The notes under the pieces are model-generated. The model worked only from the letters and a program-made list of their open reading frames with translations, ran no database searches and had not been told where the DNA came from. Source: Lingula anatina (taxonomy: Eukaryota; Animalia; Brachiopoda). Taken from it: a stretch of DNA of 64,000 nt. Positions 37,114-50,865 of this stretch are shown piece by piece. The position numbers and the translations under genes are program-made. Position 1 is the first letter of the stretch, and every line of letters begins with the position of its first letter. Location of the stretch: assembly GCA_051362555.1 (NCBI GenBank), contig CM120649.1, positions 9,796,001 to 9,860,000 on the forward strand, in the 5' to 3' direction.

Positions 37114-38694
37114 GTCAATTAAAACTGACAGTTTAACATCCCGATTAAATTCAATTGTCAATTGATAAAAAACCATTATAGAATGATAAAATTGGGATAT
37201 CAAGGTCTATATATACATGTACTCTAAGACTGCTCGTTTTAGCATTGTAAAGACGCAAGAAAATTTGATGAAGCGAACTCTGGACTCTACCGTAGCATTT
37301 ACTTTCACATCATATGGAGAAAACAAAAAATACAACAATAATGATAATTATTAAAAGAATTGACAACGTAAATGATTGATATTACTTAGTACAATAAAAT
37401 ACCTCTAGAAAATGTGATAGATAAATGGAAAATTAAACAACTTACACAATTGTTCTTACATATAGAGAAAGATACAGAATGTTGAGGAATAAGTTCACCA
37501 TGTTCAACAATAGATAATCAACAAAAATTGATTGGGTTCCCACCCGAATTAAAATTAAAATCACAAGTGACACTGAATGTTCTTCATCTTGTCTCCTGGC
37601 ATAGGTCCGCAACGTTTGGCATGAAATTTCTTCAATGCAATGTTTTAAAGTTCCAGAAATTATCTGCCACCAAGCTGCCAAAGCGGATCGCGAATGGACT
37701 GTGTGGTGTTTTCAAATACAGCTGTTCTGAATATAAATGAATGGGCAGTTATAAAGAACGGCTCAGAGTTGGCGCAGGTGAAATTAGCGCCTCAGATCGA
37801 GATTAATGATATTATAAAAGATGGAGCATAGCTCGATAAGTCTGCCACATTATGGACTGTTAATACCAATAAGTACAACTACAAATTTTATTCACCCTGA
37901 TCTTGTATAATTGTACAACTAGTTAATTTATCAATTTCTTTCGTTTTTGATGCTATTATTTTCACTGAATTATTTCGATTACATGGCTTGTAGTAATTTA
38001 TGCTAGCACGTTATTATTACAGATTCCACAAATAACATCAATGTATCAGCCTTTGCTAAGCCACATCTAAGTGATCATAACCTATCAAAAAAAGGGCGGC
38101 ACACCAGGTCGAAACAGAAAGGTGTGACACAATCGACCAAAGGGGCAATGGAAGATGAATATCATTTTATACTTCAAAGGTCAATATATAAAACAGACTG
38201 AGAGACCTGGTGCAAGTAAACTGAAAGTAAATTATGCAAATCGTTTAACAGTGCCAACAAAGATAATTTAGCCTCCCTTTCCAATTATATAATAAAATCA
38301 TTCAGGAAGAGAAATGAAGTTATTGCTGTTCTTGATAACTCCTAGGATACACCTTGTATCAAACAGTGTTAGTGTCTTTTTTAATGACTCAAGCCAAAAA
38401 AAAAGTAATCAGTACTCAAATATAACAATGTTAAAAAATATTCCATATTAAGTAGCAACCCTGTATATATTGTTACTTTTAAGTATAAAAACCTTCAACA
38501 GTTCACACACACGCTTTTGAATTTAAATGTTGCACCGAATTTATTGTGAGCTTTGAAAAACTGTTAAATCTGTTAAAAAGTATTAAATTGAAACATATTT
38601 GGTATTATCATCAAATCAAAAACAGACGTTAAAAAATGCCATGACAGAGAGAGTGACGCCTGTCATGAGCATAGGACGTAGGACCACCAAATTA

Positions 38695-38734
<40 letters not shown>

Positions 38735-38788
38735 GTGGAGTAATATTAAGCATTCAAGCTAAGAACCGGTGCACTTCCACAATCACAG

Positions 38789-39967
38789 CTAGGGACGATC
38801 CACGATGGCGTCTTGTGACGTAATAGAAGGGTCTTCATCAAAGTAATTAAGTGGCGCCAAGACCACAGAGAGCTGTTTTCCTGGTGTTGTGGTCACAGGG
38901 ATGTCCTCCATGACAGGAATATGTTGAAGACCGAGAGAGACCCAGGCCACGAGGTCTTGATCCACGATACCTTCGTTATCGCCGTAAAACTTCTCAAAGT
39001 TTTTGACGGGGTTGTAGGGATCGGCTTGGTTGTAAATGGATGCTGTGGTGTCCTCGTTGTCCTTGTATTTGGTGACGGTCAACTGGTGGCGAGCCCAAGG
39101 GATCCCGTTTTCGGAGTACCACCCTTCTGGCAATATCACCTTGGAGAAACCATTGGCATAGATGCGATAACCACGAGCGTAGCCGGCTGTGTTATTTCGC
39201 TGCTGGTTGTACATAACATAGTACTTGGGTTCCTCAAATTTGTATTTTATGAGTGCCTCGCTCTCTGTTTTACGAAGGTTTACTGCTGCCCTTTTCTGCA
39301 GCCACCTCTCCTCTGGGGCCAGAGGGTTGGTCCTATTCTCTAACTGCAGGTCCCAGGTTTCAAACCGGTTCTGTTGTCCACCGATATCGAGATCTACCTT
39401 GACGTTGAAGAGATGATGGTGCAGGTTGGCCAAGATACCCAAGTCGCGGTTCACAAAGTTCCCGTAGCGGCTGTTCCCTCCTAACGGGTACGTGAACGTC
39501 TGTATATATCCTGTAGACGCCACCTTCACTTCAATAACACCGTTTGGATGAAACACAAAGTCAAAGATGTAGTCATAATTCCACACCGTAGGGATACCGC
39601 GGAGAATCAGCACAGATCCGGGCATACTAAACTTATAGAAGTACTTGGACTGGTCTGCGCCGAAGAAATCAATGGAGCGATGACGGCGCACTGGCAGACC
39701 AGTGTTTTGCTCAAAAAGACATAAAGCATCGACATAGGTCCGCGGTTTTCCGGTCCCAGACTCGAAGAAGGTGTTGTTGAAGTAGGCGGCGTTCTCCGGA
39801 CAGTCGTATCCCTTCATCAGGGGCTGGTGGAGCGTGCCGATCGACCAGCCGGCGTCCACAAAGTTGGCCAATATACCAGCTGGTTCGTTACCAGAGTAGT
39901 AGACAGCCACGTCAGACATGCTGATTTCATAAGCCAGCCTCTCACCTTTGAACCTGATGTCCATCAC
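38789..39967 (-). CDS. Copper amine oxidase paralog 2, coding exon 2 (catalytic domain)
   Basis: TVWNYDYIFDF, LHHHL, GLQHIP, catalytic Asp in NFVDAGW; acceptor tctaag at 39969-39968; spliced product 752 aa. Confidence 0.93.
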   Translation of the reverse strand: MMDIRFKGERLAYEISMSDVAVYYSGNEPAGILANFVDAGWSIGTLHQPLMKGYDCPENAAYFNNTFFESGTGKPRTYVDALCLFEQNTGLPVRRHRSIDFFGADQSKYFYKFSMPGSVLILRGIPTVWNYDYIFDFVFHPNGVIEVKVASTGYIQTFTYPLGGNSRYGNFVNRDLGILANLHHHLFNVKVDLDIGGQQNRFETWDLQLENRTNPLAPEERWLQKRAAVNLRKTESEALIKYKFEEPKYYVMYNQQRNNTAGYARGYRIYANGFSKVILPEGWYSENGIPWARHQLTVTKYKDNEDTTASIYNQADPYNPVKNFEKFYGDNEGIVDQDLVAWVSLGLQHIPVMEDIPVTTTPGKQLSVVLAPLNYFDEDPSITSQDAIVDRP

Positions 39968-40143
39968 CTTAGATCACCCAAACAGAAGGACATGCATGAT
40001 AAATACATGGACGACAGCATCAACAATAAAGAAAGATGCATGATACTATTATTAAAAATTGTACATATAATACTGAAACGCCATTTAAAAAATCTAAGAT
40101 AGTATTTAAATTAGAAATTAATGTATATAGATAGCAAGCCTAC

Positions 40144-41223
40144 CTGAAGCCCCGTAACAGCTCTCAGTCTGAAGTTAAACTCCCAATCCAGGTATTTCAC
40201 CTTCTGTCCATCCACAGTGAACCGCCTTCCCTCTGGCTCGGTTTGCTTGGGTAGTTTCTTCCAGTTAGCCTTTCTCTCTCCCCGCAATTCTGGGGAGCCA
40301 TATGTGGCGCTCGCCGTAGGAATTGGATAAGTGTGTCTGGACATATTACCGTAATTGGCAAGTAACTCGTCTGTGCTTACAAAACTATGATTTTCGAAAT
40401 ACAGCCTGGTTAAATTGTATTGTGTGGGATCATTCCCATTGACGTCAACAAGCAGCAAGAGAGAAACTGGCCAAAGATAGTAGCCGTCAATCTTACTGCG
40501 GAACCCCCAAATGAACATTTGTCTATCACCGTCCCTCAAACCCCTTGGTACGTAGTTGAACACCAAGCAGCGATCGGTACAGTTGTGGTACCAATACCCG
40601 TATGTTTCCTCGAGAATATGGAACAGTTGCTCCATCACTGGACGCACCACTGCTGCCTCAATAGCTAGGATTTCCACAGGGTTAGCGGGTCTGGTGTGCC
40701 ACGGTATGGGGCGCCGCTCTGCAGGATTGTCGGAGTCTTTGTACTGGGCAATGTTTGGAATCGGGGAGACGATGAATTCTCTGATAATCGGGGGATTCTC
40801 TCCACCCATGAAGCAGCTGACGCGGGCACTGCGCTCGGGCACTGCCTCGCCATTGTCTAAGTGTCGTAATACGTCCGTCTTGTTAGGAAGAACAGGCTCC
40901 ATCATATATATGTAGTTGCTGGCCATATCTGCTTGGCTTATAGGTACCAAATTCAGCTCTGGCTGACTGTGAAGGAAATCTCGTATTTCTGTGATATCAG
41001 TCTCTGTAAGAGTGTCAAATACCGAAGGAGTTGCGGGATATTTGCGCCAGTCGTCCGTCTGAGACTTCCTGTCAGCACCACCGTTGGTTGCACCTGGTTG
41101 CGACTGCTGGTTCTTTAGCTGTTCCAGTTGTACTGCTAACACAATGACCGCAACCAACAGCCCTACGCTTATCACAGCGAAGAGTACAGCACAGCCCGCA
41201 AACACGCGTGAGTTCGAATTCAT
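40144..41223 (-). CDS. Copper amine oxidase paralog 2, coding exon 1
   Basis: N-terminal membrane anchor; colinear with paralog 1; 1080 nt ending at donor CAG/gtaggc at the same codon (TGLQ); upstream acceptor tttttcag near 41235. Confidence 0.92.
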
Positions 41224-42370
41224 CTTGATTTATTCTGAAAAAGACCATAAAAAAATTCACAATAACAATGCAAAACCGAAGATTCTGCATCAAAGGTATA
41301 TGTCCACGATGTATATAGTATTGGTATATAGTATTGGAGAGGCGTAGCTACCTTCTAGGTATGCCCTACCTGGAGGCAGTGTATGAAATGGCCGCCTGCC
41401 CGCCAGCCCGAGGCTGGTAACTTTCAGGCCGGGCGGGTAAGATTTGCAAATTACCCGCCCGACGGGCTGGCTATTTTTACAGCCTATTTTCACCTTTTTA
41501 TTTTGTCTATGTTCACAAGCGATTTCAGCGAAATATCAAATAAACTCACTGTTTTCACCCACTTTCATAGAAGCAAAGAACTAACCATAGCTTGCAATCG
41601 AACGCTCGTATCGAAATGTAACCAACAGTCTCCCTCTCAGTGGCCTCGTTTTCTAAGTTCCGTCTGTGTGATATGAAGTTGAAAGACAATTTGAAACGAG
41701 GCACATTGTTCTTGATCAGCTTCAGTGCACAGCAGATAACGTTATGTCATTGTTTTGTGTAGAGGAGATACCGCGAGTAGCAATTTGTAGGTTGAGAGTA
41801 ATAAAAATGTGAAAGTATAAAAAGTTATGATATTGATTAAATAGACTTATAGGTACATGAAGAGCCTATAATCAACAGTAATAAAGGCAACGGAGGCAAA
41901 TTAAAGGAGAATTTTACAAAAAACTTGAATCCCAAAATTATGAGTGAACGTACGAGTTTACGCCGTGCGTCAGATGTAGTTCTTTTCCCACGTGCTTTCA
42001 TCTTGGGCTGTCAAAAATGAAAAAATTCTATCAAGTCCGATAGAGAAGTTCACAAAAGAAAAACAATTGAGGAAAGAAATAAAAATAACAAAGATTACGG
42101 CAGAACCACAAGAAAGAGAACAAATTGGGACCCATGGAAAGGTGACTTCGATATGCAATTAGTCGAGTGGCAACATTTTTTTGCAAAAACCGTAACTCGA
42201 AAGTATCACGCATTGCGACCGAGCGCAAGCATCTCGATCCAATAACTCGCCCATACTCGCCCCATATAATATATTGTAGCCTCTATGTGATATAGGCCCC
42301 TATATAGCTATTCTCAATAAGCAATGCTTTCGAGATACGGGGCCCTGCAGGACTGTCTAAGGGCCATTAG

Positions 42371-43094
42371 CGGGGGCGTCTCGATAGTCCGAAGGTTCAT
42401 TGGTCCGAAGGTTCATTGGTCCGAAAATTCGTAAATTTTTCATCAGATTTTCGACAAAAAGGTTCATTGGTCCGAAGGTTCATTAGTCCGAAGGTTCGAT
42501 AGTCCGAAGGTTCAATAGTCCGAATGTTCGATAGTCCGAAAAATTTTAAGATGTTCTTCGATTTTAAGAATTATAATTACAAACGGAATCTAAGGGTGCG
42601 TTCCCAACGAAACTATCATTCTACGTAGATTGATCCAACTCCACCACGATTCTCACTGTATGCAATCAGATTAGCAATCCTGGAGCTGCTAGGGGGTGAT
42701 TAACTTTCGTGTGAACTCAGCTTCTAGAATCTTTATCATTTCGTTTTGAGTGCGACCGAAACGCACGTGGAAATTATCCATATACTGTAGGTCGTATTGT
42801 TTCCGTGAACTACTCTTTGCAATGTGGGGAAGTTTGGGGATATGCAATGGCTACCCTTTCCAACTCATGAACACCATACATGTTTCACATGAAATATTGA
42901 ATAAAGATTGGAACGCATAAAATGAGAGGACGCCTATAATGACATTTTCTTACGATGTCTTAAGATACTATGATTAGAATTCAAATTCTTCTAACCTACA
43001 CATTACTTAAATTGTGTAAAAGTTATAGAATAATTGCATTTCCAAACAAACTATGTTGTTGTTCGCACAGCCCACTCCCCTACCCTCCCCCCCC

Positions 43095-43157
<63 letters not shown>

Positions 43158-43445
43158 AGCCGTTCCGCCAGCAGTATTGTATTACTCATAGGGATGAGGA
43201 TGAATTAACTGGAGTGTAAACTTGGCATATAAACAAAAATTACGAGCATTTACGAAAACAAACTTTTCCCTTACTAGGGCTTTAAACATAAAAATTGTAT
43301 CAGAATACAGTAATATGCTCAAATATCCACAAATAGTAATACATATTTAATTCCACCCCCTCTTCCCCAGCAATACTGAAGGTGCTGAAACGTTTATAAT
43401 CTGAAATAGAAATGTGGCAACGCCATATCAACCCGGTGGGCCTAT

Positions 43446-43476
<31 letters not shown>

Positions 43477-44342
43477 TTAAACGTAAAATACAAGTGGGAA
43501 GGCAGTTTGAACATGTTGAAATATTCTAAAACAGTTAAACTTCTAATCTGATGAACAACATCAAAAATGCTGTCTTTGTAACAAATTCATTTAAACGAAG
43601 AAAAACGTACTCTGCAAAAAGTAGATACACTCGTGACTCGTGAGAAAATTTCTATTTGATTTTACAAAATAAACCTTTGCAGTTTAATATCGTCAACTTC
43701 CAATCCCATGAAAAACATCAAGATCTTTTTTTTTTTTTTTTTTTTTTTTTGTTACTAATGTAATATGCTAGTATTGACGTTATTTTTGCCCGTGCAGACC
43801 TAACTTTTAAACCCTCTACATTTGTACCAGGGCGACTGATGGATTTTTTACAGATATTCACAGATGTGTCTCTAGATAACTAGGTGGTCATTTTGAGACA
43901 CCAACAATTTTCGGGGCCCTTTAGCGGGCCCCAGATCCTACGCCAAGGGGGGTGGGGGCTTTGCATCCGCGGACCCCCCTTCAAATAATCTTGGATCCGC
44001 CCCTGTACATGTAATTCACTATACACTTATACAGCGGGCCTACATTCGGACTAATGAACCTTCGGACCAATGCACCTTCGGACTATCGAACCTTCGGACC
44101 AATGAACCTTCAATGCACATTCGGACCATTGAACCTTCGGACTATTGAACCTTCGGACTGTTGAACCTTCGGACTATTGAACCTTCGGACTGTTGAACCT
44201 TCGGACTATTGAACCTTCGGACTATTGCTACGGGAACCTTCGGACCAATGAATCCTTGATTAAAAAATCGATGAAAATGTTACCACTTTTCGGACCAATG
44301 AACCTTCGGACCAATGAACCTTCGGACTATCGAGACGCCCCC
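42371..44342. mobile_element. Non-autonomous TIR transposon with 16-bp subterminal tandem repeats and 2-bp TSD (CMC/EnSpm-like)
   Basis: GGGGGCGTCTCGATAGTCCGAAGGTTCATTGG at left and its reverse complement at right; TCCGAAGGTTCATTGG-type arrays at 42388-42540 and inverted at 44045-44330; AG on both flanks. Confidence 0.85.
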
Positions 44343-46669
44343 AGATTGGCCGTAAGCTAACGGTTTGAAAGTTTTCGGTTTATGTTTAATAATTTTCATT
44401 AATGATATTTCGATTTTTGGTCTCTTCCTTCAAACATATAGTCACCACACCTGGGATAAACAAGTTCAAGTCAGTCCCAGGTTCAAGCGCTATGTAGCCC
44501 TTCTAACCCGAGAACATATTCATGTTTAGGGCTTGTAATTCGTATCTGAGGAATGAAAACATCAAATTTCAGCGAATATTGGGTAATTTCCTTCCTACAA
44601 TTAACATCTTCACCTAGTTGCCAACCACTGTTACAGATCAGAAGCATGAATATCTATGTTTTAGCACTTCAATTGCTATCGATTTTCACATTCTCTCTCT
44701 GTTCTGTCTTGGGCTAGCACTAAAGTAAATAACCAAAAAATCAGATAAAATACTAGAGCATGGATATCTATATATATTTATATATGGATATAGACATGTG
44801 AAAATACTGGTATGTTTGCGGCTAACCGAGACTCCTCAGTTTAACCACGAGAGCACTGATATATTATAAACAAAACAACCCCACCCCCTAACTAACTCAC
44901 GTATAGCCTTTCAAGCGTATGAAGTGTCCCATCAAAACTGAAATCGCTTGGGTTTTATCCAGGGAGACCCCCCTGAACACATGTGAACTACGCGGTGACC
45001 TGTTTAATATTGCACATTGTTTCAACCAATAGTCCTAGTTCTAATGTAATATAAAAAAACGGCGACATTACACGAGCAGAACATTTACATGACCTAGAAG
45101 TCTATAGAAGAAGTGAAGGCAGATCAAATGTCTAACAAGCCTTCACAAGCTGGTGAAAAAGGTCGTGTCCCCAAGCCACCTACTCGCTTTGATTGCAAGG
45201 TGACACGAATGATCTTTAAATCGTGCAAAGAAACTAAAAAATATTGAGGAAAGGTAACCTACCGCACCCCTAACCGACACACTAATCGCGTCTGGGACAG
45301 TAGACTGCAGTCAGTTTTAAGGATAAATGTCTTATCGACTTCCCTCCTTTATTCAACTTTTATCTGTATAATACATCGATCAACCCCTTCTCTTTCTCTG
45401 TTTCTTTCACATATAATACTTATCAATATATATCTGAAATAAATATATTTTAGGGTTAAATCTCCTTTTTTGTTTTGTTATTCACCAACCCACGGACGTC
45501 TGCATGCACAGAGGGAGACCAAGTTTATCGTCAATTGTGCGAATAATTAAAGTGGTGTGAGATAGTGATCGCTTTTCGACGTACTAATGTCTCTTATTAT
45601 CCAAGATATCATCATGAAAATTGGCGTGGGCGTCGACCCTGGTGTGAAGTACAATCCGGTGTCATCGCCTGGTCTGAAAATTTTTCATCTAAGTTATATG
45701 AGCCCCTAATTAAATATTTCCCTTAAATAAGGCATTATTTCGCCCTTTTAATGATTACATCAGAAATAAATTAAAGCCTTTCATGAAAAAATTTGGGACC
45801 GACTCGTAGATTGAACTTATACATGTAGTTGTTAAAATGGCATTGAGGGAAATCTGTTTGAAATCGATATTACAATTTTCACCTCTGAAACGCTGTTTTT
45901 AGGTCATCCTATTTTATATTTGATGCAACAGCTGTTTTTACGTCATCCTATTTTATATATATTTGATGCAACAGCATTGCTCCATTACATGACATTGTTT
46001 ATTTTCCCATGGAGTGTGCCAACAATCTTTGATAAACGGAGGACCGGGCTGATGATGATGATGATCTAAACAGGGTGAAAAGTCCCCCCTTGAAGGCCCT
46101 AAGATTAATTTCGATTAAAATCGACTTTGCAAAGTAAACTATTTAAGACTAGTCGTCTAAATTAAGACTCAGACCACATGTGAAACTGTGCCTTAGACCC
46201 CGGTGCACAATAAACAGACTTAGAGTAAAACTCCGGTATACTTTGGATCCTGATAAAAGAAGTAATAAACCATGTTAAAAAAGAAATGGAGATTTTTTCC
46301 AAAAAAAAAAAAAAAAGTAAGAAAAAGTACGCGTGTTTTAAATTGCAAAGTGATTAGTCACTGATATGTAGTATTGCAGAATTGCCGAGGACGTGATACT
46401 AGTACGCCACAATGTTCGGTCTGAGGGTTGAGACAAAACTTTAAAAAATCTAAATTCTTCGGTTAAATTGGGCTGTATCTAAAACGATCTGATTAAGGCC
46501 TTCACTCGAGCCCAAATAGGATATCACCTCATTTAACCCAGTCATGCGTCAATAAACACCTGTATTCAACCAAAGGGTACATGTGGGATCCAGACGCGTC
46601 CTTGTTCAAGCCATGCGCTTTGTTACTCCCGTGTTACGGTCAAAGCAAAGACATATAACGTATTCTTAC

Positions 46670-46728
46670 CTTGTATGACGCGTCCTGTGTCTAATTAAAA
46701 TGAATACTGGTGCTTTCTAAGCTTTATA
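46670..46728 (-). promoter_or_regulatory. Candidate core promoter and short non-coding first exon for amine oxidase paralog 2
   Basis: TATAAA (46728-46723), Inr-like TCATTT about 27 nt downstream, then donor AAG/gtaaga at 46669; paralog 2 needs an upstream exon. The link to that gene is inferred. Confidence 0.35.
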
Positions 46729-47498
46729 CTGCTTAATAGTATACCGGTACCGTTTATCATAATATAACACTGGCATTCGTTGTAATATAAACCAGACACA
46801 TTGTTGTGTGGCCTGTATACAGTCTATACAAGTAGGAACGGTAGAAAGTAGGACATGTACCGACATCACCTTCTAAAATAGGTTATTAGTTGAACCATGG
46901 AAATATACGATATTTATATGGTTGAACTTAGAAAAAACAGTCACGTAACCCCAGATGATGCTTGAAATTACCTTTAAAAACTGCCAAGGCCTGTATCTTA
47001 AGTGGTCTTCAGTGACAGGACTTCAGGGTACCCTGGACCTCTGTATTCAAATGAACTTTGCTTGTCCACTTGCGGAGTCAGCTGTCTTGTTGTTACTATA
47101 CGTCACATGGCTGACCACATTCCAACCCGAGGGGATGAAAGCGAGCCTGATCCGCGTCTCAGAAATCAAAACGCCATTTCTGAACCCGGTACATACGTGA
47201 TGATGGCATGATGTCACCAATAAAGCATGGACTTCTCATCGTTTGTGATGTCTCCAGACTGCGAGAGAATGGAGGTTCTTTTCACCTTAAAGTAATATAA
47301 ACTCTATGTCTTGTTTGGCAATGCTTTGCCAACTGTGATCAACTTTGCGCTTGTTAACTTTCGTAGCTAGCGATCACTTTAAGCGGTCCAAACAAACTGA
47401 GTAAACAAAACACTCAATGTTATTATTTAGCTTAATAAGATTAAATTAAAAGCACATCAAAATTCAAACCATTTACCCGCACACACACCACATGCCCC

Positions 47499-47555
<57 letters not shown>

Positions 47556-50505
47556 TATATATATAGGCCTATATCACCGACTGTGAATTAATCAATGGAC
47601 TCTCTTTTTCACACCGCAAACCAAATCGCTAGGTCTGGACACACTGTCTACGAGACTGTCGTGTTACAGGTTACAGACACTGTCCTGTCTCCGCGAACAA
47701 GAAAAATGATATTCCAACAATTCTGTCACAGGCATCCTGTAAGACAACAGGCGACTACATGTAGCCTATTTATCACAAACGATAGTGCTAGAGAAGACCT
47801 CCAGTAAGACATAAACACTACTGAGAGAGAGAGAAACAAAAATGAAATGGACTTAATTTGTGTTGTCAAATTGTGCCCATTTTGCAAGTTGATCTGCATT
47901 TTTGCAATATAAAATCTTAGTAAATTTCGAAGAAAATTATAATACTGAATGATTTTTGCAAAACAAATAAAGAAACAAAATATAACAATGTAACCCGGCT
48001 GGTTACGTAGTTTTTGAGCGGGTAGCAAACTTGAAAACGCCGAAGACATCAATGGTATCTCATGAAGATCTTTATTTGTTGACGGGCTACAATCTGGCAC
48101 GCAGGCAGGGACAGTCACGACGACCTCCCGGGGTCTCTCTGTGTCACTAACTGAGAAGCCCTCACTTTATAGGGAATCGTTCTAAGTCCTGCGTGCCCGA
48201 TAACTATTACTAAATGTGTGTAATTTATAGGAATAATAAAAGAACTAAATGTAACATACGTGATTAATAGGAAGTATGATAAAACTAAATGCAGGGACTA
48301 TATTACATTTCATAGTAGCCCTGAACACGGATATGTTCTCCGGGCAGGAAGGTTACATAACGCTCGGACCTGGGAATGGCCTCAACTGAAATTTTCCCAT
48401 GTGTAGTGAGTGCTTTTGGTGGAAAAGATCAAAAGAGCGAAATGACTATAATGAGGCCAAAGTATTTCTACAATTTTAGAGTCGGCACCAGGTTTCCATT
48501 TTCTGTCATCTGAAAGGGGTGTATCTTCAATTACTAAAATAAATTACTCTACCGAGATTTTTGTTTCTAATTTTGGTTTCTCTTCCGTGATTGAAAATGT
48601 GATTTAAAGGCAGAGACAAATTGTATAACACTACCGTGTTATAACAACAACAAAAATATTTAAGAGGATTTACTGGCAAGATTTATTTTTTTCTTTGAAA
48701 AAAATCTTATTGGTGCTCCCGTGGTCCTGCACTTGGATTTGTTTCATTGCCCCCTCCAATGCTGTTTGGTTGTCACCATTTAACTGGTCATGATGTGGAC
48801 TTGGGTTTTCTTTGCGCGACCCTAAGTAAATCTGACACGAACCGTGGAATCTCTAGATTGCGTTATCCACTAAGTAAGTCAAAAACGTAATGTCGTATTT
48901 CGGGCCCACGCTTGAATGAAGCGAACAAAATTATAAGTTTAGGACATTCATTCCATATGTATGGTTCATTACATATTTCGCCAGTTTACATTAAAATGCG
49001 CCAAAGAAAATCCGACTCTATAGACACAAAATGGCCAGGAGGAAAGGTGTATAGGAGAAAAGATACATCTTCGCACGACGAAGATCGGCCGGTCAGGCGG
49101 TATCACCAGACCGGTGTGGTAAGTATGAATGTTATTTCTATATTATAAGAGCTGATGTTAACTAAATTCTGGGTAAATTTTGATGTATAGTATTTAGCGC
49201 CTTTTAGTTTGTTTCATGTCGCGGTACCAATTTTTAACTTTTCATCTTAAAAGATGAATTAAGTTTTCAAATTCTTTGCAAAATAAGAGAAATTTGTCGA
49301 TATAATGTTTATTTTTTAAGATCGTCACAGTTCAGTTTTAGTTTACCTATTTAAAGTTAAATTTTCATGATCGTTAGAGAGAGATTTGATGGCTTCTCTG
49401 TGGTTTAAGTCGATTTTATACGGGAGTCTCAGACTTTTTGATGTCGGGACCCGTATTACAGGTACGAAGCAGGAATGGGCAGGTTACTTAGTTTTTCAAA
49501 AGAAACAAGAGGTCATTAGTGCACGGAAAATGTTTTTGTCGGTAAGAAACTCCGCACACGTGATACGTGGTAGGAACAAGCAGGTTAATACATTTTCGGC
49601 AAAGGCCAGAGATCGTCGATCTGCGTATATGAGTAAGGCGAGTTTTGCGGTGTTGGTGTAATACATCGTGTTTTGGGGTTATAACTGTTGCGTCGTTTGT
49701 ATGTAAATATTGTTTAGTGACTGACAATATTCCTGCTTTGTAAAAAAAAGGGTATTTTGCATTTAGTCTTCGTTTACTAGTATACGTTTATTGTTTCGGT
49801 AATAGCGTGCGATCAGACATATGCGATCTTTATTGTGGAAGTTAATTTTCATGGTAAATTATGTAAATCACGAAAAGTAACTTTAAAAGTGAACAAATGA
49901 TTAATCATTACAAATGCCTGTGAAGTTGAGCAAGTGCCGACAGAGGCAGTGGGTAAGATAAGGTGTTTGCAATTTGCGCCATCAAGATAATGATAATGAT
50001 CAGAGGTAACGAAGTAATGATCGGAGATAACGTCGGAATAATGTGATTTAGGTAAAAACGACTTCGTGGCAGTTAAGTATGCAACGAAGGGCACAGTTGA
50101 ATGCTTAAGTAACATTGAAAAGGGCGACGAAATTAACCGGACAGCACCGGTCGAGGAAAAGCACGTGCGTAGGCAGACAGAAATTAAAAACGGACACACA
50201 GACAGACAAACACGCGACCGGTGTAGGCTACTTAAGTACTTTTCTATTATGCGAGAATGATAATTAAAAGTTGTGACGGTTAATGAAGGAAGGAGGCTCA
50301 TATGGCGTGGTGAAAACAGGCTAGTTTACCTCGAGGTGAGGTTTGTGACCAAGTATTTTATTTTTTTAAAGGTTATCCTGCTCTGAGTTAGGAGTGAAGA
50401 ACTGATAAGTTCCTAAAATCCTAGGGATATTAGGGCTGCCCGTTAATTTAGATCCATGGATAAATGCAAGTTAGACCAGATATTTTCTTTAAGGGTACCA
50501 TGCTC

Positions 50506-50660
50506 TACCCTCTACCAGGGCCACAGATGACTTTTCACAGAATATTCACAGATATGTCTTTAGATAAATAGACGGTCATTTTACTGTCTCTGGTTTTACT
50601 ATCTCTGGTTTTTCCCATTTTCCCTATACAATGTATAATCTGCCACCCTGGTAGAGGGTA
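50506..50660. mobile_element. 155-bp MITE
   Basis: TIR TACCCTCTACCAGGG / CCCTGGTAGAGGGTA; flanks ACCATGCTC / AACATGCTC (9 bp, one mismatch); partial relative at about 43810-43900. Confidence 0.7.
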
Positions 50661-50865
50661 AACATGCTCCACGTTGGAGTGTCGGAACTGGTATTTTAGA
50701 CCAGGTATTCTTATGTTGATGCCTGCCCAAGGGAGGGTTAGGTAACAGAACTTCTTGAATTAATGCTTATACAGTATATGCGTAATGAAAGAAAAGGAAT
50801 AGTTATGAAACTCTAACACCGCCCAGAATATTTAAAAGCGCTTTAAATAACACTGACATTCATTA

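Noticed and set aside
38921-41118. Plus-strand ORFs overlapping amine oxidase paralog 2 (likewise those overlapping the LINEs and the cadherin exon)
   Set aside because: Antisense shadows of real coding sequence with no recognisable motifs.
41377-41480. GC-rich hAT-like terminal fragment beside the paralog 2 start
   Set aside because: No matching opposite end or TSD found.
42970-43219. Poly-Lys and poly-Phe ORFs (also near 22885, 38599, 55818)
   Set aside because: Translations of long A/T homopolymer runs, whose lengths may also be sequencing-dependent.
42388-44330. 16-bp repeat arrays that look superficially CRISPR-like
   Set aside because: Units are contiguous with no unique spacers, are inverted at the two ends of a TIR element, and the context is eukaryotic with no cas genes.
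44759-44798. CATG-bounded AT-rich hairpin as another P-like scar
   Set aside because: No adjacent direct repeat and mostly low-complexity TA sequence.
48886-50330. Possible LTR plus leader (GTAATGTCG...CGTATTACA)
   Set aside because: No TSD, primer-binding site, second LTR or retroelement ORF could be identified.
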